Source: Hemiscyllium ocellatum (lineage: Eukaryota). Taken from it: DNA of 64,000 nucleotides. Both the position numbers and the translations under genes were made by a program. Under the pieces are notes generated by a model. The model ran no database searches. It was not told the DNA's origin and saw only the letters and a list, made by a program, of their open reading frames with translations. Positions 9,921 through 22,500 of the stretch are shown in pieces. Each line of letters opens with the position of its first letter. Position 1 is the stretch's first letter. The stretch lies in contig NC_083439.1 of NCBI RefSeq assembly GCF_020745735.1, forward strand, positions 30,084,596 to 30,148,595, read 5' to 3'.

Positions 9921-12900
9921 ACTCCAACTCTGCCAATGACATGTCCTCAGCTGCTCCTACCACCAAATTCTTCAGTCCATGAACTAAGCTTCCTGTGTAA
10001 TTTGGTCATGGAAAATATCACTTCCCCCTACCAGGGAGGACAGGGGATTGATGACCACCTTGGAAAAGGAGCTTTCCATTCTGATTAAATCAGTTTCTGG
10101 AACGTGAGGGAGAAACAGTTGGTGTTTCTAGTCTGTCCTGATTCTTTTCAGAAGTGCCCATGTGAATTCCCAATGTTACCATCTCCTGAGATGTTGGCTG
10201 TCCTGTTGTGTTTGTGGACTGTTATCCCTCTGCTTTCTGACCTCCTACAGTATTGGGAGATCAAACGGAGGGACTGAAAATTACCATGCCCCTGAACTAC
10301 AAAGCTGTGTTGGCAAGTCTTGAAGGGTTGTGGTCATTTAACTGAATAGAAACCTAATTTTGAATATTGATGGCCCTAATGATCTATTCGGAGTTGAATG
10401 TAAACTGTACTCACTCCCCAGGACAAGGGATGTGGTTGAAGACATCAAGCACCACCTCTAACATGGATATTTATGAAGATGTCACTATTTACTTCCCCAC
10501 CTTCCACACCTTCCACATCCTCCTCCACAGTAAACACTGAACTGTTCACCCTCCTTGTGCAACTGCAAGATGGTAACAATACCATCTTCAAGTAATGGAG
10601 GGCAAGCTGTGTAATAGTGTCAGTATACCTGCAGAAGATGACCTGTTTGTTGTACCTGACAAAGGCAGGCAGAGCTTGGGCCCATGTAGGTGCCTAGGGC
10701 TACCCCTTTGCTCTGACAATTTCATTTTACCAACCTGCTGCACATCTCTGGGACACACAATTAACCCCAGTACCCTCTGCCACAGATGTGCATGTCCTCA
10801 ACTGCCTCTGCCACCAAATTCTAGCCACCTCTCAATTGGAGAACCACATGGGCTCTATGTAGATTTCAACACTTCTGATCTTCCCTTCCCCAGTTTATCC
10901 CAGATCCAACCCTCTAATTCAGCACTGTCCAACATGTCTTTCTGACATCTCCACACTGACCTACCACCATCACACCCCACCTTCATCTACCTACTGTATT
11001 CCCAGCTACCTTCCCCCTGGCCCTACAGTGTTCCATTTAGTTCTCATACCCTTGGAACCACCCCTCCCACATTTCTGCTTCAAATGTTGACTGTTCCCCT
11101 TGGATGCTGCCTGACTGGCTGTGCTTTACCAACACCACACTTTGAATCTGATCTGCAGTCCCCACTTTCTCACTGGTCCACTGTAATCAGTTCCCAACAA
11201 CACACTCTTGACAAAAGGTAAGCTTAAACAAAACATTGTTTCTCTTGCAACTCCAAAAGAGAGAGAGTACCCCCCCCAAAATTTTGAGACGGGTGAGAAA
11301 TTGCTTCCATTTCTAGGCCCCAGCAGCAACTGCTGCAAGTTAAAACTATTAATTCTGGTTCTGAGAGTTTGAAGACACCAAGTCAGGCTGCTTCTATTGT
11401 TTCAATTTCTTCAAAATCCAAGGCCTCAGTCTATTTATTTCACCAGTTTTTCAACAGACAGCTCTCAACCTTTTGGCTTAAAGCCTCTAAAAAACTGTCA
11501 CATGCTGAAGTCTCCAGAAGAAACTTGCACTCAGGAATAAAAGCAAAATACTGGACAGGCTGGAAAACTGAAGCAAGCCACAGACTCTGCTGGGAAAACT
11601 CAGGTAGTCTAGCTGCATCTGTTGACAGACACTCCTAACCTTTCAAGAGTCACATTCATCATAAACCATGAACTGTCTTTCCACAGACTCTAAGATATTA
11701 CCGACAGTGTCTTGGGCAGCATGGTGCCACAGTGGTTAGAACTGCTCCTTGACATCACCAGGGACCTGGGTTTGACCCTTGGGCAATTATCTATGTGGAG
11801 TTCTCCCTGTCTCTGTGGGTTTCCTCCCACAATCCAAAGATGTGCAGGTTAGGTGAGCTGGCTATGGTAAATTGACCATAGTTTTTTGGGATGTGAAGGT
11901 TAGATGGATCGTCAGTGGTAAAAGACGAGTAATGGTGTGGGTGGCTTCCTTTCAGAGGGTTAGTGTGGACTGGTTGGGCTTAATGGCCTGTTTCCACACT
12001 GCAGGGATTCTACGTGAATTAACCTCCTGATTCCTTGACACTAATGCCTATCACTGAGCCATCTGTCTTAGGCTCAGGCTTCTGTCTACAGGGGGGTGGA
12101 ACAAGTGGCATAATGGTAGTGTTACTGAGACAGGAATTCAGTGAGTCAGGTTAATCATCTGAGGCTGGAGGCTAAAATTTTATTGTAGTTGCTCATAGAA
12201 CATGAAAATCCATCTTGTGTTTGAAAATATCTACTCTCGGTAATTGTGACTGTGAACTAATCTTTTATAAAATCCCATCTCATTCACAATTCCCATCAGG
12301 GAAGGAAATCTACCATCTTGACCTGGTCTGGCCTAAATGTGACTCCAGACTCTCAGCAAGTCACTGATTCTGAAATAGCTGAGCAAACCAATCAAATCCA
12401 GGGCAATTAGGGACAGGCAACAAATCCCAGCCACGACAGAGAAGCCACAGGATGTTAATAGTGAGGGATTGAGCAATGGGAATGTCATGGAGACTGTCAT
12501 GTTGTGACAGTGAGATTTTCCCTTTTTGGAGACAGTCATTGCCTGACAGTTGTGTGTTCTGAATGTGAATGTTGTTCAGATCTTGCTGCATTTGAACAGG
12601 GACTGTTTCAGTATCTGTGACGTTGTCAATGGGGCTGAACACTGGGCAATGATGAGCAAACATTCCCACTTGTGCCATTCTGATGGAGGGAAGGTCATTG
12701 ATGGAGCAGTTGACATGGTTGCGTCTAAGAGAGTACCTTAAGGAACTCTGGCAAAGATGTCCTGGGAATGTGGGGATTGAACATTGATAACCAGAACCAT
12801 GACTCCAACCAACAAAGAGGGTTTTTAATCCCACTGAGTTCAATTTTTCTTGGGCCTCTTTGGTACATTGTTTAATCAAATTCTGCCTTGGTCTTAAAGC

Positions 12901-13520
12901 AGTCACCCTCACTTCCCCTCTTTGCGTTCAGCTCTTTTAGTCATACTTGGACTAAGCTGCACTGAGATCAGGAGCTGGGTAGCCCTGGTGGAACACAGAC
13001 TGAGCATCAGTGACCAGGTTAGTGTGGAGGACATGTGCCTTGATAACACTGTTGACAAAACCTTCCATCTCTTCACTTGTGATTGAGAGTGGATTGGTGG
13101 GGAAGGAATTGGCAAGGTTGGATTTGTCCCACTTTTTTTGTCAACAGGTCACTATTGGGCAATTATCTCCATTTCCAGGTAGATGCTGCAGTTGTAGCTG
13201 TACTGGAACAGAATGGATAGGGACACGGCAGATTCAGGATCACAGCTCTTTCACCTTATTCCCACAATGTTAGTCAGGGTGCATTGGCTTCACAGTATCC
13301 AATGTCTGCAGCTGTTTCTTGATGTCACGTGGAGTCAATAGTACTGACTGAAGACAGGTATTATTGAGGCTGGGGACTACAATGGATCGTTCCTTTGGAT
13401 CTTTCTGGCTGTAGATTGTTGCAAACGCTTCAGCCTTATCCTTCGTGCAGTGCTCCCCATTGAAGGTGGGGAAGTTTGTGGAACCGCCTCCTCTTGGCAA
13501 TTTTTAAATTCAGTCTCCGA

Positions 13521-15310
13521 CAGCACACAGAGGCCCTTCAGCCCAAACTGTTCCACACTGTCCACAATGTCCATCCACACTGTCCATCCATTTCCCTGTA
13601 CAGGGCCCATAGCCTTCTCATCCTTTCCTATCCATGTATTTCTCTAAATGCATTTTTGAACATTGTTTATGTACCTGCCTCAAACACTACTTATTCCATC
13701 TGCGTACCCCCACCTCTGAGTGAAATCATTGCCCCTCCGGTTCCCTTTAATTCTTTCCACTCTAACCTTTAAACTGATGTTTCTCTAGTCCTTGACTCCT
13801 CCTCACTTGGAAAAAGACTGAGTATTTTCATCCCATCCATGTCTTTCATGATCTTATACACTTCCAAAAGAATTCCTCACCTCCCGCTCCCCCTCCCCCT
13901 CCCCCAAGTCTCCTTTGATCTGAAGAAAAAAGTTTGAACGTGTCTGACCTCTCCCTCCAACTCAGAACCTGAGTCCTGGCAACATCCTTGGAAATTCCTT
14001 CTGCACTCTATCCTGTTTAATAGCATCTTTCCAACAGCAAGGTGACCAAAACTGAACACAATACTCCAAGTGCAGCCTCAACAACATTCTGTACACCTGC
14101 AACATCACTTCCCAATGTCTGTACTCAGTGCCCTGACTGATGAAGGCCAGTGTGCCCATAGCCTTCTTCACTGCCCTGTCTACCTGTGACTCCACTTTCA
14201 GAGAACCATTCACCTGAACTTCAAGGTCCCTCTGTCCCACTACACTCCTTAAGGCCCAACCATTCATCATGAAACTCCTACCTTGATGTGACTTTCCAAA
14301 CTGTAACACCTCATACTGATCTACATTGAACTCTATTTGCAATTTCTCGGTGCACGTGCTCAGTTGGGAGAAAGTGAGGACTGGAGATCAGAGTCAGGAA
14401 GCGTGCTGCTGTAAAAGCACAGTCGGTCAGGCAGCATCTGAGGAACAAGAGAGACAACGTTTCAAGCAAAAGCTCTTCATCAGGAATGAGGGGTACCCCC
14501 AAGGGGGCTGAGATATAATTGGGAAAGAATGGGGCTGGAAGGAGGGCAAATAAGGGAACTGGTGAAAATGACATGGTCCAATCACATGGGATCATGGTAA
14601 CCACCTTCGCTGTCTACTACACTTCCAATTTTGGTATCATCTGCAACTTAGTAACGATACCTCCCATGTTCACACCCAATCATTTATACAAATGACAACA
14701 AGCACTGATTCTTATGGCACACCACTGGTCACAGTCCTCCATTCTGAAAAACGATCCTCCACTACTACCCTAGGTCTTCTACCTTCCGGCCAGTTCTGTA
14801 TCCACATCCCTGTATTCCATGAGATCTAAATTTGCTAATCATTCACCCATGAGGAACTTTGTTGAATGCCTTGCTGAAGACCAAATAGATCACGTCCACC
14901 ACACTGCTCTCATCCACCACACTGCTCTCATCAATCCTCTGTGTTACTTCTTCAACAAATTCAATCAAGTTTATGAGAAATGATTTCTCTCCCACAAAGC
15001 CATGCTGACTATCCCTAATCAGTCTTTGGCTTACCAAATACATGAAATTCCTGTCTCTCAGGATTCCCTCCAACCACTTGCCCACTACCGATGCCAAGCT
15101 CACTAGTCTGTAGTTCCCTGGCTTTTCCAGACCACCTTTCCTAAATAGTGACAATACATTAGCCAACCTCCAGTCTTCTGGTACCTCACCTGCAAATGCT
15201 GATGATACAAATTTCTCAGCAAGAGGCTCACTTCCTGAGCTTGCCACAGAGATCCAGGGTACACCTGATCAGGCCGTAGGGATTTATACACATTTATGTT
15301 GAATCATTGC
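13521..15310 (-). mobile_element. CR1-like LINE fragment
   Basis: PEDWRLANV..LFRKG...PGNYRLVSLASVVGK, SQHGF, DVIYLVFSKAFNKVPH, LEYCVQFWSP. Confidence 0.88.
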
Positions 15311-15314
15311 ATCA

Positions 15315-15655
15315 TTACAGTGTGGAAACAGGCCATTTGGCCCAACAAGTCCACACTGACATTTTGAAGAGTAACCCAGCCAAACCCATTCCCTTACCCT
15401 ATTACTCTACATGTTCCTTGACTGATGCACCTAAACTACAAGTCCCTGAACACGAATGGTAATTTACCATGGCTCATCCACTTAACCTGCACATTTTTGA
15501 ACAGTGGGAGGAAACCAGAGCTCCCAGAGTAATCCCAGACAGACACAAGGAGAATGTGCAAACTTCACACAGAGAGTCACCAGAGACTGGAATCAAACCC
15601 ATGTCCCTGGTGCTGTGAGGCAGCAGTGCTAACAACTGTGCCACCGTGCTGCCCC
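15315..15655 (-). mobile_element. HE1-like tRNA-SINE
   Basis: Reverse complement begins ggggcagcacggtggcacagttgttagcactgctgcctcacagcaccaggg; paralogues at 26200-26546, 37085-37429 (-) and 53372-53710, 63101-63452 (+). Confidence 0.8.
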
Positions 15656-16549
15656 ATCGTCCCTTTTAGAATGAATGTAAAATTCTCTCAACACCCTGCA
15701 CCTTCATCTACCTATCACCATCCCAGCTATCTTCCTCCCCAACCTCTAACCTTCTATTTATCTCTCAGCCCCCTTTCCCAACCCATAATCCTGATGAAGT
15801 ACTCATACCTGAAACAGTGACTCTCCTGCTCCTCAGATGCTGCATGACCTACTGTACTTTTCAGGGACCATACACTTTGACTGTGATCTCCAGAATCTGC
15901 AATCCTCACTTTCTCCCTCAACACCATTCCCCAACAAACTCCGCCAGAGCAAGGTCAACATGGGACGCGATACATGAGCTTCCTCTGCTCATTTTCACTG
16001 AACAGAAAGCTGTCTCTACACTTTTAAACTAAATGTATAGCTACACTGTCTACATCAAACACTTTCAATCCAGGGACCTCACTGGGTCAGAAATGGAGTA
16101 ATAGATTCTACGCTTTCCAATTGAAACTAAAGCTTCTTCTATTCTTCAAAACTGGAAGGAAAGCTGTCCCCATCAAAGGTTCCCAGGACACAGAACACGC
16201 AGTGAAAGACAGAGTAAAAGTGCCTCTACTCTGTGAATTACAAATAAACAGAAAGTTGAGCTCTCCCTGCATTGTCCCGATCAAACACTCCCCAGACAGG
16301 GACATGACAAGTTTAGATACAGAATAAAGCTTCTTCAATATTGCCTCCATCAAACACTTCCAGGGGGAGGTGTAATATAAGGTCAATCCCTTTGTTCTGC
16401 CCAAACCCCATCCTCAGACAATCTCACTGTCAGTTCCCTCAGGTGAGGATGGGGAAGACCCAGGAGACACCCTCCTGGATCAATGAGCTCTGTTTGATGA
16501 TTGTCTACATGCGGCCTTCACCATGAGACCTTGTGGAGCTGAATTCAGT

Positions 16550-16731
16550 CAGGTGACAGCACAGCAGCTCACAGACACTCCTATTGGTCCAAATGAAATA
16601 GGCCCTCCTGGTAATAACTCAATGAGTTCAATCATTGGTGGACATTGTAGAGATTGGGGCTGGTTGATTGGTTCAATGTTGCTGCTTCTGGTCACATTGG
16701 TGTCAGGTGAGTGCAGGTTGTGTGTATAAAA
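16550..16731 (+). promoter_or_regulatory. ZP3 copy 2 proximal promoter
   Basis: CAGGTG 16550-16555, ATTGG cluster, TATAAAA 16725-16731. Confidence 0.68.
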
Positions 16732-16776
16732 GGAGTTGGTTCGGGGTGTGTGGGGATGGTTGAGTTGTTTGTGATC

Positions 16777-19547
16777 ATGGGTGATTTTGTAGTGAGGGGT
16801 TTGTTCCCTTTGTTGGTGTCAGTTGGAGTTGTTTGTTGCTCTGAAACATGGCAACAGTTTCTGAGCCAGAGGTTTCCATGGACAATAGTGAGAGCCAGCC
16901 CTGTACCTGAGAGAGTGCCTCCTCGTGGGGATCCCATTGGTTCTAGTTTCCGAATGTCTGCGGTTGGGAGTGTGTCCCCACTGCAGACTGTGATGGTGCA
17001 GTGTGGAGAGCACAACCTGCTGGTCAGGGCCCAGCTGGATTTATTTGGAACTGGGCACCTGATTAAAGCTGCTGACTTGAGCCTGGGGACAGCAGGTTGT
17101 CAGCCAACCAGGGTCTACCCTGAGAACCAGACTGTCCTCTTTGACTATGGGCTGCATGAGTGTGGTAGTAGATTGCAGGTAATGGGGGTTGTCTACACTT
17201 GCTGGAAGCTTGGGTTGTCCAGGTTTTCCTGGATGTGGTGATGTTGATATTGAGGAGGGGCTAGACTTCTAAATTCTCAAATTGTCAGACTAAGTTCCTA
17301 TCTTGGAGTGTACTGTACCTGAACTGTTCTCCACTTCTAGCCTTATGCTCCTATTTTCACTGGCTTAGAAGCCTCTGATTACACTCTGTTCTGCTGGAAT
17401 GCATATTTTGTCAGTATGAATTTGGCTTGTAGTTCAAACTGTTTTGATTTCATTCTGTTTAATTGTTTTCTTTACTACTTCCATTTGATGCACCCTGGAT
17501 ATTTATTGCCTCCCATTGCTATTAATCTCTCTACGTATTCCGCTAGTAATCTTTGCTCCATCTGAAAGTTTCATGATAAAATCAGGAAATGAGGGCCAAA
17601 AGATCTCTGCAGCCTCTTCCCTGTAATAACAATCACCTTGTCCCTGTTCCCTCAATATTTATCTAATTCTGCCTCAGACACCAACACCACCTTCTTTCAC
17701 CCAATGTTTGGATCAGGAATTCCTATCCTGACCTCTACAATGATGTCGTACCTTGTTAAATTGATCCTAAGTGACTAACCCCTGACCTGTGACCTACTGC
17801 CCTCTAGTGGTCCCTCCATATCAGGGATGGGAAATCGGTCTCCTGGCCCTGAAACTGGGACAATTCTTTAGGGCATGTGACAATATGAGGGTGTCATTGT
17901 GAACCCTGTGTAGATCCTTCTCATTTCAGATCAACCCCTCATTCCCTAACCTGGTGTCTTCCAGATGACTGGAGATTTACTGATCTACACCACCCACTTG
18001 ACCCACATCCCAAACTATCCTGGATCTGTCATTGTGAGAACCAATGGAGCTGTTGTTCCTGTTGAATGTCGTTATTTCAGGTGAGAATCTTTAATTGATT
18101 GTCAGTATGATCCCCTGCTGCTGTTGTCTGACACTGTCCTAAAATGGCTGCCCTGTCTCCTTCCTCCAGGAAGGGCAATGTGAGCAGCAATCCCATCAAG
18201 CCCACCTGGATCCCATTCAGCTCCACCAGGTCTGGAGAAGGGCATCTGTTATTCTCCCTGCGTCTAATGAATGGTACGTGATGGGTGGCTGGGGAGGGAT
18301 ATCCTGATGGCTCTCTGGGTGTTGTACCCATTGGCTCCAACCCTTGTCTTGCTGTACTTCAGGTGATTGGCTTACAGAGCGCACTTCTACTGTCTACTCC
18401 CTGGGAGACCTCATTCACATTGAGGCATCTGTTTCAATGGCCAACCATGTGCTCCTGAAGCTGTACATTGATCGCTGTGTAGCTACACTGAGCCCAGACG
18501 AGGACTCCACCCCGAGATACAGCATCATTGACTACAATGGGTAAGGAGCTCTCTGCTTTCTCCAGCTGCTCCCATCTCAATGGCTTCACTCCATTCACTT
18601 CATGGCCCTTTGTCCATCTGCAGTTGCCTCCTGGACAGCAAAGCTGAGGACTCCTTTTCAACCTTTGTGTTGCCCAGAGACGGGCGGGATCTGGACAAGC
18701 TCCGGTTTGACCTGGATGCCTTCCGTTTCTATGGAGATGAGCGATCCTTGGTAAGAGGAAGCTGCTGATGTGCTTCTCCACATTGGGGAGGGAGTCACTA
18801 AACACTGACTTGTTCTGACTATGTCCCTTAGATATTCATCACCTGCCACCTGAGAGTTGCTGCAGTGGATCAGGGAGATTCCAGGAACAAAGCTTGTACT
18901 TTCCAGAAGCTGGAGCGTATGTAAGTTCCCTCTCCCTGTCCCTCAGGGATGTTGTTGTTGGGAGAGGTGATGCACCATGTGGTTGATGGGCTGTTTCTCT
19001 TGTTTAGCTGGAGGCCATTGGAGGGGTCAGACAGTGACATTTGTGCCTGTTGCCATGTGGGGAATTGTGGGAGCACAAGGGAGATCCTGATCCCTTTCAG
19101 AAGAAGGAGAGACCTTGCTACTGAAGCAGGTAGGATGTTGACCCTCTAAATGTTGGATCTCCCCTCACCCCCACCGCACCCCCCCTTCCTGACTGGGATG
19201 TTTCTTCTTGCAGAGAGTGAAGCTGGATTGGAGTGGGAGGGGGAGGCCTCACTTGGTCCCCTGATCATTCTGGATACTGAGCTGACCAACCTGGCAACAC
19301 AGCCCCTGACTGAGGGTGATGGAAAGATGCAGGAGAGGTCTCCAAGCGGTGAGTTGGCTGCCTGCTAGTTTCCCTTTCTGTCCCTGTTTTCCCTCAGTAA
19401 CCATTGGTTTCTCCTTGTTTTGTAGGTGTGGAGTCAGAGCTGGTTGTGATGGTGGTCCTGACTGTGACAGCTGTCTGTCTGATCTCTGCTTCATTGCTGG
19501 CCTTCCTCCTGTACAGGAGACACAAGCAAACACCCATCAACTGGTGA
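16777..19547 (+). CDS. ZP3: ZP3-like, copy 2, intact, 464 aa
   Basis: join(16777-17178,17965-18080,18170-18273,18363-18540,18624-18750,18832-18920,19008-19129,19214-19348,19426-19547); same exon lengths as copy 1, no stops, all ZP cysteines present, furin site RRRR. Confidence 0.93.
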
Positions 19548-22500
19548 TTGAATTAGTCAATAAAGCAGTGATTCATGGTGTCTTCTCTCTGGAGCTGGTT
19601 TTGTTTCAGTCTTTTTTTAGTTTAAACTATTACTGGGTACAATCCCTGGGTTGAGCCTCTAGTCTGTGAACTGAGCTTCCTGAATGATTGGATTATGGAT
19701 GATTATTGTTTGCCCCTTCCAGTGAGTACAGGGGATTGATGGCATTTGACAGTGCTTTCCATTCTTAGTTAAATCAGTCTGCAGAATGTGCTGGAGGAAG
19801 CTCTCTGATGTGGCCCTGTCTAAGGGAGAAACAGTTGGTGCTTGTCATCTGCTCTGATTCTGTGGATTCCCAATATTATCTGAGATGTCAGTTCTGTTGT
19901 CTTTGAACCGTCATCCCTCAGATTTCTGACATCCACAGGAGAGGGATGTCAAACTGATGGGCTGAATGTTGTCATTTCTCCAACCATGAAGCTGGGTTTG
20001 CAAGTCCTCTAGGGTTGTGGCCATTGACTGACAGAATAGAAACCTCATTTTTGAATATTGGTAGCTCTAATATTCTATTCAGCACTGAGTTTATTAAATA
20101 GTGCTCACCCCTCTAGAATAGAGAATGTCTTTTTAAGACATTAGCACCACCTGTGTAATATGGACACTTTTGAAGAAGTCACCACCTACATTCCCAATTT
20201 GCACTTTTCCATATTACCCTCCACACAGTAAACTCTGAACTGTTCACTGCCCTTTCATCAGTGTAATGGAGGAAAAGGTGTGTAATGGTTCTGGTGTCTC
20301 TGCAGAAGAGGGACTGTTTCATCTCCCTGACAGAGATGGGCATAGCTGGGTCTCATTTAGGTGCCCATTGCTACCCCTTTGCTCTGATGGTTGGTCTCAC
20401 CAGCCTGCAGAACATCTCTGGGATGCATAATTAATCCCAGTATCCTGTGGGAGACTGGTACAATTGCAACATTTTAAGAGGTGTTTGGATGGGTATATGA
20501 ATAGGAAGGGTTTAGAAGGGATATGGGCTGGGTGCTGGCAGGTGGGATGAGATTGGGTTGGGGTATCTGGCCAGCATAGATGGGTTGGACCAAAGAGTCT
20601 GTTTCCATGCTGGAAATCTGACTCCAACTTCCCACCCCACCTCTCCCCTCCATATCTGTCAAGGATGTGTCCTTAGCTGCTTCTACCACCAAATTCTCCA
20701 GCCCATGAACTGAGCTTCCTGAATGAATGGTTATGGAAAATGTTTCCTCCTACCAGGGAGGACAGGGGATTGATGACGGCCTTGGAAAAGGACTTTCCAT
20801 TCTCAATAAATCGGTTTCCAGAACGTGCTGGAGGAACAGCGCTGTGAGATTGTGAGGGAGAAACAGTTGGTGTTTCTCATCTGTTCTGATTCTCTTCAGA
20901 AGTGTCCAAATGGATTCCCAATGTTCCCATCCCCTGAGATGCTGCCAGTTTTGTGAATTGTTATCCCTCTGATTTCTGACCTCCTACAGTATTAGGATTT
21001 CAAACAGAGGGACTGAAAATTATCATGCCCCTGAACCACAAAGCTGTGTTGGCAAGTCCTGAAGGGTTGTGGTCATCTGATTGAATAGAAACCTAATTTT
21101 GAATGTGGATGGCCCTTATGTTCTATTCAGATTTGAATGTAAACTGTACTTCCCCCTCCAGGACATCAGGCACCACCTCTAATATGGACATTTATGAAGA
21201 TGTCACTGTCTACATCCCCACTTTCCAAACCTTCTATATCCTCCTCCACAGTAAACACTGAACTGTTCTTTTCCCCCCTTGTGCAACCACATGATGGTAA
21301 CAATATAATCATCAAGTAATGGAAGGCAAAATGTGTAAGGTCATCTTCAGCAGCTATACTGACACCATGTTTGTTGTACCTGACAAAGGCAGGCAGAGCG
21401 TGGGCCCATGCAGGTGCCCATGGCTACTCCTTTGCTCTGACAATTAGTTTCACCAACCTGCAGCACATCTCTGGGACACATAATTAACCCCAGTACCCTG
21501 TGGGTGAACACTCCAACTCACCCTCTGCCACTGATATGCATGCCCTCAGCTGCCTCCACCACCAAATTCTAGCCACCCAACAACTGAGGATGAGCACCAT
21601 CTTCCATCTTTGGTACCCACCAACCACATGGGATCTAAGTAGATTTCATCACTTCTGATGTTCCCGTCCCCAGTTTATCCCAGATCCAACCCTCTAACTC
21701 AGCACTGCCCTTTCTGAACTATCCAATGTGTCTTTCTAACGTCTCCACACTCACCTACCACCATCACACCCCATCTTCATCTACCTACTGTATTCCCAGC
21801 TACCTTCCCCCTGGCCCTACAGTGTCCCATTTTGCTCTCATACCCTTGTAAACCACCCCTCCCACATTTCTGCTTGAAATGTTGACTGTTCCCCTTGGAT
21901 GCTGCCTGACTGGCTGTGCTTTACCAACACCACACTTTGAATCTGATCTGCAGTCCCCACTTTCTCACTGGTCCACTGTAGTCAGTTCCCAACGCCACCC
22001 CTTGACAAAACACAAGCTTAAACAAAACATTGTCACTCTTGTAAATCCAAAAGAGACATAGTCACCTTCCCCCCCCCCACCACCCCCAACCCTCAAACTG
22101 CAGATTTTATCTGTGACTGGTGGGGAGATGGGTGAAAATTGCTTCCATTTCTAGGCCCCAGCAGGAACTGTTGCAAGTTAAGACTACTAATGCTGGTTCT
22201 GAAAGCTTGAAAACACCAATTCAGGGTGCTTCTATTGTTTCAATTTCTTCAAAACCCAAGGCCTCAGTCTACTTATTTCACTGGTTTTTCAACAGACAGC
22301 TCTCAACCTTTTTGCTTAAAGCCTCTCCAAAAAACTGGGAAAAATATAATTCTTAAAACCAGAGCATTGCCACATGCTGAAGTCTCTAGAAAGAACTTGC
22401 ACTCAGGACTAAAAGCAAAATACTGCACAGGCTGGAAAACTGAAGCAAGCCACAGACTATGCTGGGAAATCTCAGGTAGTCTAGCTGCATCTATTGACAG

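Noticed and set aside
12361-15247. Functional reverse transcriptase genes
   Set aside because: Fragmented, frameshifted LINE remnants with decayed catalytic motifs (for example FAHH for FADD).
15580-15655. tRNA gene
   Set aside because: The A/B-box-like sequence is the head of a SINE and continues into SINE core and tail; no complete cloverleaf seen.
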